From Gammaproteobacteria bacterium (GTDB lineage: Bacteria; Pseudomonadota; Gammaproteobacteria; Competibacterales; Competibacteraceae), in contig JACKNF010000001.1 of assembly GCA_024234995.1 (NCBI GenBank), forward strand, positions 353,622 to 417,621: a stretch of DNA of 64,000 nucleotides. Reading direction: 5' to 3'. Below the pieces are notes generated by a model. The model was not told the DNA's origin and did not search any database. It saw nothing but the letters and a program-made list of their open reading frames with translations. This document shows positions 9,209 through 20,521 of this stretch, piece by piece. Every line of letters starts with the position of its first letter. Positions within the stretch are counted from its first letter, which is position 1. The position numbers and the translations under genes are program-made.

Positions 9209-10126
9209 ATGACTGCGCCTTTGCTGGCTCTCAAAGTGGATGTTGATACCTTGCGCGGGACGCTAGAAGGAGTACCGCGATTGATGGATCTGTTCCGGCG
9301 CCGCCAGACCGATGCAACCTTTCTGTTTAGTCTTGGCCCGGATCATACCGGTTGGGCAATCCGGCGCGTGTTTCGCCAGGGGTTTCTTGGCAAGGTGAAA
9401 CGCACCTCGGTGCTTGAACACTACGGCCTGAAAACACTGCTCTATGGGACGCTGTTGCCAGGACCGGATATCGGTCGGCGAGCAGGCGAAGTGATGCGCT
9501 CGGTCCGTGATGCTGGTTTTGAGACCGGCATCCATTGTTGGGATCACGTCCTTTGGCAGGATCATGCCGCCCATGCTGATTGGCAATGGACCCTCGGTGA
9601 GATGCGTAAGGCGGTCGAGCGCTATACGGAAATTTTTGGCGTGGCAGCGGCCGTACATGGCGCAGCGGGCTGGCAAATGAACCGTTATGCATTGCGGCTG
9701 ACCGGGGAGCTGGGGTTTGCCTGGTGCTCCGATAGCCGGGGAACCCATCCATTCTTGCCGGTGGTGGATGGCAAAACCATTGCCTGTCCTCAGTTGCCTA
9801 CTACGTTGCCAACATTGGATGAGTTGATTGGTGTCGATGGAATCATGCCGGACGACGTGGCTGACCACTTATTAGAGATGACGCAGACCGTACCGGATGC
9901 TGGTCATGTCTTCACTCTGCATGCCGAGCTGGAAGGTTTGAAATTTCTGCCGGTTCTTGACGGCTTGTTGACCGGCTGGCGGAAGCAGGGCTATCGGCTT
10001 GGGGCATTACGGGCGCTAGCTGGCGAGATGACCCTGGATGCCTTGCCATGTCATACGATTATGGAGGGAACCATCCCTGGGCGGAGTGGAGCACTCCTTA
10101 TGCAAGGACCCTTATCCTCAAGCTGA
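9209..10126 (+). CDS. arnD: 4-deoxy-4-formamido-L-arabinose-phosphoundecaprenol deformylase ArnD
   Basis: It begins 3 nt after the decarboxylase gene. Blocks LKVDVDT.RGT.EGVPRL, WDHV.WQ and AAGW match E. coli ArnD. Confidence 0.8.
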   Translation: MTAPLLALKVDVDTLRGTLEGVPRLMDLFRRRQTDATFLFSLGPDHTGWAIRRVFRQGFLGKVKRTSVLEHYGLKTLLYGTLLPGPDIGRRAGEVMRSVRDAGFETGIHCWDHVLWQDHAAHADWQWTLGEMRKAVERYTEIFGVAAAVHGAAGWQMNRYALRLTGELGFAWCSDSRGTHPFLPVVDGKTIACPQLPTTLPTLDELIGVDGIMPDDVADHLLEMTQTVPDAGHVFTLHAELEGLKFLPVLDGLLTGWRKQGYRLGALRALAGEMTLDALPCHTIMEGTIPGRSGALLMQGPLSSS

Positions 10127-10137
10127 TGAAAAGTCAT

Positions 10138-10165
10138 AGGGTACGCAATGCATACCCTACTTATC
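10138..10165. terminator. Possible bidirectional hairpin terminator between arnD and bfr
   Basis: The stem-loop tagggtacgcaatgcataccctac has T-rich flanks. Confidence 0.35.
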
Positions 10166-10209
10166 TCACTATAACTGCCCGCGTTTATTCACGGTCAAGG
10201 GCTGGACTG

Positions 10210-10674
10210 CTAAAGCTGCGCTTGCAAGTAGTTGGGTAAACCTAAATGGCCGATTAGCCCCAGCTGGGTTTCCAGCCATTGGATATGTTCTTCCTCGCTA
10301 GCTAGGATGGCGGTCAGCAAGTCACGGGTGACATAGTCGCTGCAGCTTTCGCAATAAGCAATTGCTTCCCGGTACAGAGGGTGGGCTTGGTGTTCCAGCT
10401 TAAGGTCGCCGCGAAAAATTTCCTCGATATTCTCACCAACATACAGCTTGCCAAGGTCCTGAAGATTGGGCAGACCCTCCAGATCCAGAATTCGCTTCAC
10501 CAATTGGTCAGCATGCTTCATCTCGTCGATGGATTCATCATATTCATGCTTGCCGAGTTTAGCGAAACCCCAACTGTCGAGTATGCGAGCGTGGAGAAAA
10601 TACTGATTGATCGCACTCAATTCGTTCTTGAGCGATTTGTTCAGATACTCGATGACTTTGGCGTCGCCTTTCAT
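10210..10674 (-). CDS. bfr: Bacterioferritin
   Basis: The size is 154 aa. It begins [12 protein letters not shown], and ferroxidase-centre residues are present. Confidence 0.9.
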   Translation of the reverse strand: MKGDAKVIEYLNKSLKNELSAINQYFLHARILDSWGFAKLGKHEYDESIDEMKHADQLVKRILDLEGLPNLQDLGKLYVGENIEEIFRGDLKLEHQAHPLYREAIAYCESCSDYVTRDLLTAILASEEEHIQWLETQLGLIGHLGLPNYLQAQL

Positions 10675-10697
10675 TTTAGAGCGCTCTCCCTGGATAT

Positions 10698-10978
10698 TTA
10701 CAAATCAACAGCGAACCAAGCTCGCTCTGGAGCAGGTTCAGTAGGTTTAGGTGGCAGTGGAATGGCTTCCAGAACGGCCGGCGGTGCGCTATTAGCCGTA
10801 GACGCCGGTAATGGCGTGGCCAGATGCTTTTCGAGAAACTCGCGGATGCTGTCCGTGCACTTACCGCATTCGACGCCAATTCCAAAGCGGATATTCAGAT
10901 CACCGATGGTGCGGGCGCCCAGTTCGATGGCCTCTCGAATTTGTTGATCGGAGACCGATTTACAGATGCATAAATACA
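10698..10978 (-). CDS. bfd: Bacterioferritin-associated ferredoxin (2Fe-2S) with a C-terminal Pro-rich extension
   Basis: A GTG start is preceded by GGAGG (8-nt spacer). The product begins (M)[10 protein letters not shown] and has a ...CGKC Cys pattern. It sits directly upstream of bfr. Confidence 0.7.
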
Positions 10979-11265
10979 CGGTGGCAACCTCCTGGTCGAA
11001 GCCGTTGGAATGGACTTGTTCATACCTCCCGCTCCAATCCTTTCCTATCGGGGAAAGAGGTATGCACTCAGTTTCAATGGGATCGCATGACTTCAAAGAC
11101 TGTCCGCACATGGTTTGGTTGCGGGAGCATGGCTCTTCAGTTCTTTATCGGGCGGACGTGCCAAACCCATCGCGCTTGTAAAATTCCGTAGTGCTATAGC
11201 AGCACTGATATGTTTCTTAACTATATTATTCTAATGGTATTTTATTTTTATCTGTTAAATTTTAG

Positions 11266-12363
11266 CTAGACGCGCGCTGCGAAGTCGATGCGCGGATCAA
11301 CCAAATGATAGGTCAAATCGCTCATCAAATTTAGCAATAAGCCAATCAAGCTGAAGATATACAGTGTCCCGAACATGACGGGATAATCACGCTTTACCAC
11401 CGCCTCAAATCCCAGCAAGCCTAACCCATCGAGGGAAAAAATCACCTCGATTAGTAAGGAGCCGGTAAATAACATACTCACTAGGGTTGCTGGAAAACCG
11501 GCGATGACCAGCAGCATGGCATTGCGGAAGACATGTCCATACAGCACCCGTTGCTCGCTGAGACCTTTGGCGCGGGCGGTTACTACATACTGTTTATTGA
11601 TCTCATCTAGAAAGGCATTCTTGGTCAGCATGGTCAGTGAAGCGAAACCGCCGATGACCATTGCGGTCACCGGTAAGGTCAAATGCCAGAAATAATCGGC
11701 GATCCGGGCCGGCCAGCTTAAATCTATCCAATAGTCCGAGACCAGTCCGCGCAATGGAAACCAGTCCAGATAGCGTCCGCCAGCAAACAGAATAATCAGC
11801 AAAATGGCGAACAGAAAAGCGGGGATGGCATAACCAACGATTACCGCTGCGCTGCTTAACACGTCGAAACGCGAACCGTCACGCACTGCCTTGGCGATGC
11901 CCAGCGGAATCGAGATCACGTAGATCAGTAAGGTGCTCCACACACCCAATGAGATGGAGACGGGCAGTTTATCCAAAATCAAATCCAGAACTGCCCGGTC
12001 GCGGAAATAGCTCTTGCCAAGATCAAAGGTTAGATAGTCGCCGATCATCCGTCCAAAACGTACATAAGCAGGCTGATCGAACCCAAACTGATGGTTTAAT
12101 TCAGCGATAAACGCCGGATCCAGTCCCTGTGCGCCACGATATGCGCTGTCATTGCCCCCTGCTGCTGCACTGCCGCCTCTGGTTTCCATGCTCTCCCCGC
12201 CCCCTATCCGGGCGGTCGCCGCCACGGCGGTATCTCTGAGTTGCGCCAGCAATTGCTCGACCGGCCCGCCGGGCGCAATCTGCACGATGGCGAAATTGAT
12301 GGCGATGATACCCAGAAGGGTTAGCGGAATGAGCGCCAGGCGGCGAAGGATATAGACATACAT
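11266..12363 (-). CDS. yejB: ABC peptide-type transporter permease, YejB-like
   Basis: The size is 365 aa. It has the OppB-family N-terminus MYVYILRRL...[13 protein letters not shown]. Confidence 0.8.
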   Translation of the reverse strand: MYVYILRRLALIPLTLLGIIAINFAIVQIAPGGPVEQLLAQLRDTAVAATARIGGGESMETRGGSAAAGGNDSAYRGAQGLDPAFIAELNHQFGFDQPAYVRFGRMIGDYLTFDLGKSYFRDRAVLDLILDKLPVSISLGVWSTLLIYVISIPLGIAKAVRDGSRFDVLSSAAVIVGYAIPAFLFAILLIILFAGGRYLDWFPLRGLVSDYWIDLSWPARIADYFWHLTLPVTAMVIGGFASLTMLTKNAFLDEINKQYVVTARAKGLSEQRVLYGHVFRNAMLLVIAGFPATLVSMLFTGSLLIEVIFSLDGLGLLGFEAVVKRDYPVMFGTLYIFSLIGLLLNLMSDLTYHLVDPRIDFAARV

Positions 12364-12371
12364 GAGTGGAG

Positions 12372-14219
12372 CTACGATCTGTCACTCTTTGGTTTAGCAA
12401 GCGCCGCTGCTTTATCGGGATCAATCCACCAGGCATTGAGTTGTACCCCTTGCAGCGGCGTGACCGCTGGATAGCCGAACTTGTTCCAGAAAGCGAGCCG
12501 GGTATAGGGAATATGCCAATGCGGAATCACCAGATAATTCCATTGCAATGCCCGGTCCAGGGCTCGCACCCGGATGGTCAGGCTGGCGCGATCCGGCGCA
12601 GCAATCACCTGATCCACCAGCGTATCTACTGCAGGATTCTTGAGACCAGCCAGATTGCGGCTGCCCGGCTGATCAGCGGCGGCGCTACTCCAGAACTCTC
12701 GCTGTTCATTACCGGGGGATAATGATTGACCCCAGACATAGACCACCATGTCGAAATCGAAATCGCGCAACCGGTTTTCATACTGAGCTGAATCGACGCT
12801 GCGCACGCGCATCTCAATGCCCAAGCGTTCCAGGTTGCGGGCGAACGGCAGGCCGATGCGTTCCCAGGTCGGCTGGTCAATCAGTAACTCGAACCGGAAC
12901 GGTTCACCCGTTTTAGCATTGACCAGCGTGCGGTCGCGAAAGGTCCACCCCGCGTCCTGCAACAGTTCCAGCGCCTTGCGTAAATTGGCGCGCAACTGGG
13001 CATCATCGGCAGCAGCCGGTGGCTGGTACTCGGCAGTGAATACTTCTGGAGGCAGTTTCGTACGCAATGGCTCTAACAGTGTCAGCTCCTCGGGGGAAGG
13101 CAACCCATGCGCGGCCAGATCGGAATTGTCGAAATAGCTGCGGGTCCGTTTATACTGATCAAAGAATAGGTTGCGGTTGCTCCACTCAAAATCGAAGGCA
13201 TAAGCCAGCGCTTCGCGGACTTTAGGATTCTGGAACAACGGCCGGCGCAGGTTGTAAACGAATCCTTGCATTCCAGATGGCAGCTGGTTCTGGAATGTCT
13301 CTTTCTTCACTCGCCCTTCGTGCAATGCCGGAAAGTCATAGCCAGTCGCCCATTGCTTGGCGACATTCTCTACTCGCAGGTCGTAAGCACCGGCTTTGAA
13401 TGCCTCTAATGCTACGGTGACATCGCGATAGTAGTCATAGCGCAACCGGCCGATGTTGTATTGTCCTCGGTTCACCGGTAAATCCTTGCCCCAGTAGTTT
13501 TCGTCGCGAACATAGACGATAAACCGCCCCGGTTCAAAGCGCTCGATCCGATAAGGACCGCTACCAACGGGTATGTCCAGTGTTGTGGCTTCAAAGTCAC
13601 GGGTTTCCCAGTATTTTTTCGACAATACAGGCATTTGGCCCATGATTAATGGCAATTCCTGATTTTTGCCGGGAGTGAATGTGAATTTCACTTGCCATCT
13701 GTCCAGTTTCTCTGCTTTGGCAATGTTAGCGTAGTAGAAACGGAAGAACGGACTACCCTTGCTCTTTAACGTCTCGAAAGAAAACAGCACATCATCGGCA
13801 GTGACCGGGCTGCCATCGTTAAATTTTGCCTGCGGGCGAATAGTAAACATGACTGAACTGCGATCATCGGGGATTTCCACGCTCTCAGCGATCAATCCAT
13901 ATTCGCTAAACGGCTCATCGGCACTGCTGGTCATCAAACTTTCAAACAACTGGCTGATGCCAGCAGCAGATTCACCTTTGATATTGAACGGGTTGAACGT
14001 ATCGAAGCTGCCAATCGCTGAGAACCGTGCCTCGCCACCCTTGGGTGCGTTGGGATTGACGTAGTCAAAATGCGAGAAATCCGGACCGTATTTCGGCTGG
14101 CCGTGCAACGCGATGCCATGCATCGGATCTGCAAATGCAACCGTCGCTGGCAGCAAGCAGCTAATGATCAGCAGACTGGCTGCTAGCCAGCCAGGAAAAC
14201 AGAATTTTGCGCGATTCAT
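12372..14219 (-). CDS. yejA: ABC transporter periplasmic substrate-binding protein (family 5), YejA-like
   Basis: The size is 615 aa and it carries a signal peptide. It is 8 nt upstream of yejB. Confidence 0.8.
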   Translation of the reverse strand: MNRAKFCFPGWLAASLLIISCLLPATVAFADPMHGIALHGQPKYGPDFSHFDYVNPNAPKGGEARFSAIGSFDTFNPFNIKGESAAGISQLFESLMTSSADEPFSEYGLIAESVEIPDDRSSVMFTIRPQAKFNDGSPVTADDVLFSFETLKSKGSPFFRFYYANIAKAEKLDRWQVKFTFTPGKNQELPLIMGQMPVLSKKYWETRDFEATTLDIPVGSGPYRIERFEPGRFIVYVRDENYWGKDLPVNRGQYNIGRLRYDYYRDVTVALEAFKAGAYDLRVENVAKQWATGYDFPALHEGRVKKETFQNQLPSGMQGFVYNLRRPLFQNPKVREALAYAFDFEWSNRNLFFDQYKRTRSYFDNSDLAAHGLPSPEELTLLEPLRTKLPPEVFTAEYQPPAAADDAQLRANLRKALELLQDAGWTFRDRTLVNAKTGEPFRFELLIDQPTWERIGLPFARNLERLGIEMRVRSVDSAQYENRLRDFDFDMVVYVWGQSLSPGNEQREFWSSAAADQPGSRNLAGLKNPAVDTLVDQVIAAPDRASLTIRVRALDRALQWNYLVIPHWHIPYTRLAFWNKFGYPAVTPLQGVQLNAWWIDPDKAAALAKPKSDRS

Positions 14220-14285
14220 GTCTATCCTTTACAGTTTGCCAGTTCAACGAATTTAGACGATAGCAAAATACCACAGGAGTTCATT

Positions 14286-15071
14286 ATGGGCTTTCTCGCC
14301 GGCAAACGCGCCCTGATTCTGGGGGTCGCCAGCAACCGTTCTATTGCTTGGGGCATCGCCCAAGCCATGCATCGGGAGGGCGCCGAACTCGCCTTGACGT
14401 ATCAGAACGGCAAATTGCAGCCGCGAGCCGAAAAAATGGCTGCCGAGTTGGGCAGTTCAATCACGCTGCCTTGTGATGTAGAGCATGATGGCGATATCGA
14501 TGGTTTGTTTGAAATGCTCAAACAGCATTGGGATGGATTGGATATTCTCGTTCATTCCATCGCCTATGCACCGCGTGAGGCGCTGGAAGGCGATTTTCTG
14601 GACGGGATCAGCCGGGAGAATTTCCGTATCGCCCACGATATCAGTTCCTATAGCTTCGCGGCGCTAGCCAAGGCAGCCCGGCCGCTGATGCAAGGCCGGC
14701 ATGGGGCGCTCATCACCATGACCTATCTAGGCGGAGTACGGGCCGTGCCGAATTACAACGTCATGGGTCTAGCCAAAGCGAGCTTGGACGCTAATGTGCG
14801 GTATCTGGCACAAACGCTGGGGCCGGAAGGCATGCGGGTTAATGCCATCTCTGCTGGTCCTATTCGCACGCTGGCCGCATCCGGTATCAAGAACTTCCGC
14901 AAGATGCTGGAGACTTTTGAGCATGTTGCTCCGCTACGCAAGTGTGTGACCATCGAAGAAGTTGGCAATACGGCAGCTTTTCTGTGTTCCGATTTGGCGT
15001 CCGGTATCACCGGTGAAATCATCTACGTGGATGGCGGTTTTAACACGGTTGCTTTGGGGGCGATGGAATAA
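14286..15071 (+). CDS. fabI: Enoyl-ACP reductase (NADH) FabI
   Basis: It is nearly collinear with E. coli FabI ([29 protein letters not shown]). Confidence 0.9.
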   Translation: MGFLAGKRALILGVASNRSIAWGIAQAMHREGAELALTYQNGKLQPRAEKMAAELGSSITLPCDVEHDGDIDGLFEMLKQHWDGLDILVHSIAYAPREALEGDFLDGISRENFRIAHDISSYSFAALAKAARPLMQGRHGALITMTYLGGVRAVPNYNVMGLAKASLDANVRYLAQTLGPEGMRVNAISAGPIRTLAASGIKNFRKMLETFEHVAPLRKCVTIEEVGNTAAFLCSDLASGITGEIIYVDGGFNTVALGAME

Positions 15072-15167
15072 GGTTTTCCTGTACAGCACACACCCCTTAC
15101 CGCCTCCAACAAGGGAATAGCCCTCTCCTCCTCATATAAAGATATAAGGGGAGAGGGAGGTTGCAAT

Positions 15168-17108
15168 CTATAATCGGTCGTTATAGGTCACAACTTTGGT
15201 CTTCGCTCGAACGCTGTTCAATAATCCATCAAACTGCTCGGAACCGGTTTGATAGGCTAACTGTTGAGCCAATGCCTTCCGTTCGTTCTCGGGCACCGTA
15301 TCCGGTTGGCCTGGCGTCACCTGAAATACTTCCAGTACTGCCTGATCACCATTGGCTAGAGTTACCGAACCCAGCGCTACTTGGCCGGTCTCTGGCTGTG
15401 GCAGGCGAAATGCGGTGGCCAGCACAGTGCTGTCTACCGATGATGCATCACGGCTGACCAGACCGGTATCCTTAAACTCCCCGCTAAATTCCCGGGCTAG
15501 GGTTTGTAAGTGTTCGCCTTGGATTGCCCGTTTTTTCAAGATTTCGATATCTTTGGCCAAGGCTTCCCGAGCCTGCTGTTCACGCAATATTTTGACAATT
15601 TCCTCACGGGATTCCTCCAGCGTGCGTGGCGTGGCTTCTTTATGCTCCTTGACCCGCAGCACCACCACATGGCCTGGCTCCAGTTCGAGCGGCTCGCTGT
15701 TGATACCGCGTTTGAGAACATCTTCGCTGAAGGCGCTGTCGATCACCTTGGGTTGTTTGGCAATCCCCTCTCCTCCCTGACGATCAAACCAGTCACTGTC
15801 CTGAACCGGCACATCCAATGCCTTCGCCGCGGGCTCTAAATTGTCGGGATGTTCATAGCTCAGATTCGCTAGCGTCTGGGTAATCTCGTAAAAGCGGTTT
15901 TCAGCCTGTTGCTGGCGCAGTTCCTTGGCAATGCTCTCGCGTACTTCTTCAAACGGTTTGATTTGGGCTGGAGCGATCTGATCCAGCCGGATCAGATGAA
16001 ATCCAGATGGCATGCGTACTGGCTGGCTTACGTCACCGGCTTTCTCTAACGCATACAAGGCATTCTCGAATGCTGGGTTGTCGAGCAAGCCCTTGCCGAT
16101 AACCCCTAGATCGCCGCTTTCCAGCTTGCCCGAGGTATTCGCTTTGGCTTCTTCCAGTGCCTGATCAAAGCTCTTGCTACCGGAGTGAATCTCATCAGCA
16201 ATCTTCTGTGCTTGGGCTTCAGCCTGATTCACTTCTTCCTGAGTCGCATCCGGGGATAGTTTAATCAGGATATGGGAGGCTGAGCGCTCCTCAGGACGGC
16301 CATATCGGTCCATCTGCGCGTTGTAGACTGTTTTCAATTCATCTTCGCTAACGGTGATCTGCTCAGCGATATCCGGCAGTTTCAGTTCGAGAAATTGTAC
16401 TTGTACCTGTTCAGGGTGAACAAAACGATCTTGATTGTTCTTAAAGTAATCCTGGATTGCGCTTTCCTCCACAACGGCCTTGGCGGCGTACTGGGGTAAC
16501 GTCATCACCAGATACTGGATTTTCCGCTGCTGTTTGAGCAGGGCGATGATTTTCTCAAGCTCCACTGGTGTTGTTAGAGCTGATGCCACCACTCCATTGC
16601 GCAACTGTTCAGTGGCTAATGACAGCCGCAGGCCTTCCTCAAAAACTGCAATGGTATATCCTTGATTGCGTAGCAACCGCTCATACAGTTCCTTGTTAAA
16701 ACCACCATTTTGCTGGAAAACTGGCAATGCCAACAGGGCATCACGTAATTGCTGGTCACTAACACGCAGGCGTTGATTGCGGGTCAGCTGGTTGAGCACC
16801 CGCTCATCAATCAGCTGCCGCAACGTATCTTGTTTTAGGCGCGGCCCTTCCAGCAGCGTTGGGTCCAGGCTATCGCCCAGCATGCCCTGTAAACGCTGCC
16901 GTTGCTGCTGGTAGGTGCGCTGGTATTCCTGCAAGGAAATTTTACTGTCGCCGACGACAGCAGCGTCCAGTGGTCCGCCACCTTCGAAATAATAATTAAT
17001 GCCCCATACCGCGAACGGAATGGTTAACAAGCCGATGATTATATAGGCGAACCAGCCTTGAGCGTGATCGCGGATTTTCTGTAACAGCATAGTGGCACCC
17101 AGCTTCAA
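15168..17108 (-). CDS. ppiD: Periplasmic chaperone / peptidyl-prolyl isomerase PpiD
   Basis: The size is 646 aa. It has an N-terminal TM anchor and a SurA-like/parvulin region. Its position upstream of the tRNAs, hupB and lon matches the conserved gene order. Confidence 0.85.
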   Translation of the reverse strand: MKLGATMLLQKIRDHAQGWFAYIIIGLLTIPFAVWGINYYFEGGGPLDAAVVGDSKISLQEYQRTYQQQRQRLQGMLGDSLDPTLLEGPRLKQDTLRQLIDERVLNQLTRNQRLRVSDQQLRDALLALPVFQQNGGFNKELYERLLRNQGYTIAVFEEGLRLSLATEQLRNGVVASALTTPVELEKIIALLKQQRKIQYLVMTLPQYAAKAVVEESAIQDYFKNNQDRFVHPEQVQVQFLELKLPDIAEQITVSEDELKTVYNAQMDRYGRPEERSASHILIKLSPDATQEEVNQAEAQAQKIADEIHSGSKSFDQALEEAKANTSGKLESGDLGVIGKGLLDNPAFENALYALEKAGDVSQPVRMPSGFHLIRLDQIAPAQIKPFEEVRESIAKELRQQQAENRFYEITQTLANLSYEHPDNLEPAAKALDVPVQDSDWFDRQGGEGIAKQPKVIDSAFSEDVLKRGINSEPLELEPGHVVVLRVKEHKEATPRTLEESREEIVKILREQQAREALAKDIEILKKRAIQGEHLQTLAREFSGEFKDTGLVSRDASSVDSTVLATAFRLPQPETGQVALGSVTLANGDQAVLEVFQVTPGQPDTVPENERKALAQQLAYQTGSEQFDGLLNSVRAKTKVVTYNDRL

Positions 17109-17201
17109 GTCAGATCATCAGGTCAGATCACTGGAAGAAAATCGGGAAAAAAACAGCAGTACATGAAAATTACGCAACGAATACCCATAAAGAATACCCA
17201 T

Positions 17202-17228
17202 AAAAAAGGATGTCTAAATGACATCCCT
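17202..17228 (-). terminator. Rho-independent terminator after the tRNA-Val/Asp/Asp operon
   Basis: On the minus strand the sequence is agggatgtcatttagacatcctttttt. Confidence 0.5.
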
Positions 17229-17234
17229 AGGTAT

Positions 17235-17311
17235 TGGCGGAGCGGACGGGGCTCGAACCCGCGACCCCCGGCGTGACAGGCCGGTATTCTAACCAACTGA
17301 ACTACCGCTCC
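17235..17311 (-). tRNA. tRNA-Asp (GTC)
   Basis: The gene has a cloverleaf fold, anticodon GTC and an encoded CCA. It is about 90% identical to E. coli tRNA-Asp. Confidence 0.9.
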
Positions 17312-17365
17312 AAACCGGAAACCCGGCAACAACCGATGCGATATGGGCTTGTGAGAAAACTTAAG

Positions 17366-17442
17366 TGGCGGAGCGGACGGGACTCGAACCCGCGACCCTC
17401 GGCGTGACAGGCCGATATTCTAACCGACTGAACTACCGCTCC
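17366..17442 (-). tRNA. tRNA-Asp (GTC), second copy
   Basis: This is a near-identical tandem copy of the first tRNA-Asp with CCA encoded. Confidence 0.9.
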
Positions 17443-17455
17443 GAATTCCAAACCG

Positions 17456-17531
17456 TGGTGGGTGCTGAGGGGCTTGAACCCCCGACCCTCGCCTTGTAAG
17501 GGCGATGCTCTCCCAACTGAGCTAAGCACCC
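17456..17531 (-). tRNA. tRNA-Val (TAC)
   Basis: The anticodon loop is CTTACAA and CCA is encoded. Confidence 0.9.
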
Positions 17532-17544
17532 CGAAAACGAATAA

Positions 17545-17817
17545 TCATTTTACCGCATCCTTGAGCGTCTTACCAGCTTTGAAAACCGGTGCCTTGCTGG
17601 CTTTGATCTGCATGGCTTCACCAGTTTTCGGATTATGGCCAGTCCGCGCCGGGCGCTCTCGCACCGAAAATGTGCCAAAACCGGTCAATACCACTGTCTC
17701 CCCTCCCTTGAGGGCCTTGCTAATCGCGTCCAATACAGCGTCAATGGCTTTACCCGCCGCTGCTTTGGATAAGTCAGATGCTTGGGCAACCGTTTCGATC
17801 AGTTCAGTCTTATTCAT
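17545..17817 (-). CDS. hupB: DNA-binding protein HU-beta
   Basis: The 90-aa product begins MNKTELIE and has GFGTF and RNPKTGE motifs. Confidence 0.9.
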   Translation of the reverse strand: MNKTELIETVAQASDLSKAAAGKAIDAVLDAISKALKGGETVVLTGFGTFSVRERPARTGHNPKTGEAMQIKASKAPVFKAGKTLKDAVK

Positions 17818-17970
17818 AAATCCTTTCCTTTGCAATGTTATGTGTTGTTCAATGAGACGCTACGGCGCAAAATGCAGAAACCTGCACTCGATAAATGCAG
17901 TGGGAAAGCGCCTTATAGCAGGGCGTTTAAAGCAGTGTCAATTGGCGTACGAAAACATTCCCTGACTGTC

Positions 17971-20418
17971 TCAGTGAGCACGCACCCCCTCCAGCGGGTT
18001 GTTGTTTGTCTTGACAGCGGATTCCGGCGCCGCCGTTTCTTCCGATTCGTTTGTTTCCCGGGTCTGGGGTTGCGGAATCGTTAACAAGGCTATTTCCAAT
18101 ACTTGATCGATCCAACGCACTGGGCGTACATCAAGCTTTTCTAAGATATTTTCAGGAATCTCAGCTAAATCTTTGCGATTCTCTTCAGGAATTACCACGA
18201 TCGAGATGCTGCCTCGATGGGCCGCCAGCAGCTTCTCTTTCAGGCCGCCAATCGGTAATACTTCACCTCTTAAGGTAATTTCGCCAGTCATAGCAACATT
18301 AGCGCGTGCTGGAATACGGGTCAGCGCCGAGACCAGGGCTGTACACATGCCGATGCCAGCGCTCGGGCCATCCTTGGGCGTTGCACCTTCCGGGACATGA
18401 ATATGCACATCGAGTTTCTGATAAAACTCCGTATCGATGCCGAGTGCTTCAGCACGGCTGCGCACTACGGTCATCGCCGCCTGAATGGATTCCTGCATCA
18501 CCTCACCCAGTTGACCGGTATGAATCAGCTTTCCTTTTCCAGGCACTAGCGCTGCTTCGATTCTGAGAAGCTCACCTCCCACCTCGGTCCAGGCCAGCCC
18601 GGTTACTTGCCCGATCTGATCCTGCTCCTCAGCCAAGCCATAGCGGAATCGCCGCACGCCTAGATATTTCTCCAAATTGCCAGATATGATGGTGATGGTG
18701 TTTTCGACCGGCTTCAGGGTAACTTCTTTGACTACCTTGCGGCAGATCTTAGCAATTTCCCGTTCCAGATTCCGCACCCCAGCTTCACGGGTATAAAAGC
18801 GGATGACATCGAGGATGGCTTCCTTGGAAATTTCCAGCTCACCTTTCTTCAAGCCATTGTTCGTTACTTGTTTGGGAACCAGATAGCGCAAGGCGATGTT
18901 AAGTTTCTCGTCTTCGGTATAACCTGGGATGCGGATCACCTCCATGCGGTCCAGCAGCGGTGGTGGGATATTGAGCGAGTTGGAGGTTGCCACGAACATC
19001 ACATCCGACAGATCAAAATCGACTTCCAGGTAATGGTCGCTAAAGGTGTTGTTCTGCTCAGGATCGAGAACTTCCAGCAGTGCTGATGATGGGTCACCGC
19101 GAAAATCCATCGACATTTTGTCGATCTCGTCAAACAGAAACAGTGGATTGCGCACTTCGACCTTGGCTAAGTTTTGAATGATTTTACCAGGCAGTGAGCC
19201 GATATAGGTGCGGCGATGCCCGCGAATTTCCGCTTCGTCGCGTACACCGCCCAATGACATTCGTACAAATTTACGGTTGGTGGCACGGGCAATGGAGCGC
19301 CCTAACGAAGTTTTGCCGACCCCAGGCGGTCCCACCAGACAGAGAATCGGCCCTTTGAGCTTACGTGCTCGCTGCTGGACGGCTAGATACTCTAATATCC
19401 GTTCCTTAACTTTTTCCAGACCGTAATGGTCAGCTTCCAGAATGCTTTCGGCCGTGACCAAATCTTGGTGAATCTTGGTGCGCTTCTTCCAGGGGACACT
19501 AACTAGCCAGTCCACATAGTTGCGTACTACAGTCGCTTCGGCAGACATCGGCGACATCATTTTTAACTTATTGAGTTCGACCTGCGCTTTGGCTTTGGCT
19601 TCCTTGGACATCCCTGCTTTTTCAATCCGTTGGGCCAGGTCTTCAATTTCGTTGGGTACGTCCTCCAGATCGCCAAGCTCTTTCTGAATCGCTTTCATCT
19701 GCTCATTCAGATAGTACTCACGCTGGGTTTTTTCCATCTGCTGCTTGACTCGCGAGCGGATGCGCTTCTCGACTTGCAGGATGTCGATTTCGCCCTCGAT
19801 CAGGACTAACAGATATTCAAGGCGTTCTAGAAGATCGTGTATTTCAAGTATTTTTTGTTTTTCATCCAGTTTCAAGGTCATATGCGCGGCGATGGTGTCT
19901 GCTAACCGGCATGGATCGTCGATACCAGAAATCGACGTTAACACTTCACCAGGAATCTTCTTGTTAAGCTTGACATACTGATCGAAAGTGCCAAGCAATG
20001 AACGCACCAGCGCTTGTACTTCTTGCGACTCGCTCTCTTCGGGGATCGGCTCTAGCAACGATACGCTAGCCATGAAGCAGGACTGGGTTTCAGTAAAGCG
20101 ATGGATGCATACTCGCTGGCTGCCCTCGACCAGCACTTTGACTGTACCATCTGGTAGCCGCAGCAACTGTAATACATTAGATAGAGTACCGATATCATGC
20201 AAATCATCGGTTCCTGGATCATCGACCTCTGCACCGCGTTGGGCAACCAGCACAATGCGTTTGTTACCTTGCATCGCCAAGTCAAGGGCGTGAATAGATT
20301 TTTCGCGGCCAACAAATAGCGGGATTACCATGTGCGGATAGATGACTACATCACGCAATGGCAAAACCGGCATCAGCGCATGACTAGGCAAACAGTCGAG
20401 CTTCGTGTTCTGCTTCAT
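17971..20418 (-). CDS. lon: ATP-dependent Lon protease
   Basis: The 815-aa product has the Lon N-domain, Walker [10 protein letters not shown] and a protease domain (PKDGPSAG). Confidence 0.95.
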   Translation of the reverse strand: MKQNTKLDCLPSHALMPVLPLRDVVIYPHMVIPLFVGREKSIHALDLAMQGNKRIVLVAQRGAEVDDPGTDDLHDIGTLSNVLQLLRLPDGTVKVLVEGSQRVCIHRFTETQSCFMASVSLLEPIPEESESQEVQALVRSLLGTFDQYVKLNKKIPGEVLTSISGIDDPCRLADTIAAHMTLKLDEKQKILEIHDLLERLEYLLVLIEGEIDILQVEKRIRSRVKQQMEKTQREYYLNEQMKAIQKELGDLEDVPNEIEDLAQRIEKAGMSKEAKAKAQVELNKLKMMSPMSAEATVVRNYVDWLVSVPWKKRTKIHQDLVTAESILEADHYGLEKVKERILEYLAVQQRARKLKGPILCLVGPPGVGKTSLGRSIARATNRKFVRMSLGGVRDEAEIRGHRRTYIGSLPGKIIQNLAKVEVRNPLFLFDEIDKMSMDFRGDPSSALLEVLDPEQNNTFSDHYLEVDFDLSDVMFVATSNSLNIPPPLLDRMEVIRIPGYTEDEKLNIALRYLVPKQVTNNGLKKGELEISKEAILDVIRFYTREAGVRNLEREIAKICRKVVKEVTLKPVENTITIISGNLEKYLGVRRFRYGLAEEQDQIGQVTGLAWTEVGGELLRIEAALVPGKGKLIHTGQLGEVMQESIQAAMTVVRSRAEALGIDTEFYQKLDVHIHVPEGATPKDGPSAGIGMCTALVSALTRIPARANVAMTGEITLRGEVLPIGGLKEKLLAAHRGSISIVVIPEENRKDLAEIPENILEKLDVRPVRWIDQVLEIALLTIPQPQTRETNESEETAAPESAVKTNNNPLEGVRAH

Positions 20419-20521
20419 GGCAGGCAGTTCCTGGTGCGGTTAACCGGACCACCGAACAGGCGGCCACATTGGTCATGGGCGATCCGCCAGCCGGTGATCG
20501 TGGGCAGTCGGCAAACGAGAA

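Noticed and set aside
11112-11265. Possible Fur box upstream of bfd-bfr in the AT-rich spacer
   Set aside because: Only a loose resemblance (ttattctaatggtatttta) to the GATAATGATAATCATTATC consensus, which is not enough for a site call.
12366-13137. Plus-strand ORFs (64-118 aa) opposite yejA
   Set aside because: They are antisense to an intact 615-aa substrate-binding protein gene and have no homology.
17123-17529. ORFs 17123..17332 and 17302..17529 (69 and 75 aa)
   Set aside because: They span the tRNA-Asp/Asp/Val genes, and the tRNA structure explains the sequence.
18051-20293. Multiple 60-100-aa ORFs on the plus strand inside lon
   Set aside because: They are antisense to a highly conserved, intact lon reading frame, have no RBS or homology, and are a typical GC-rich shadow-ORF artefact.
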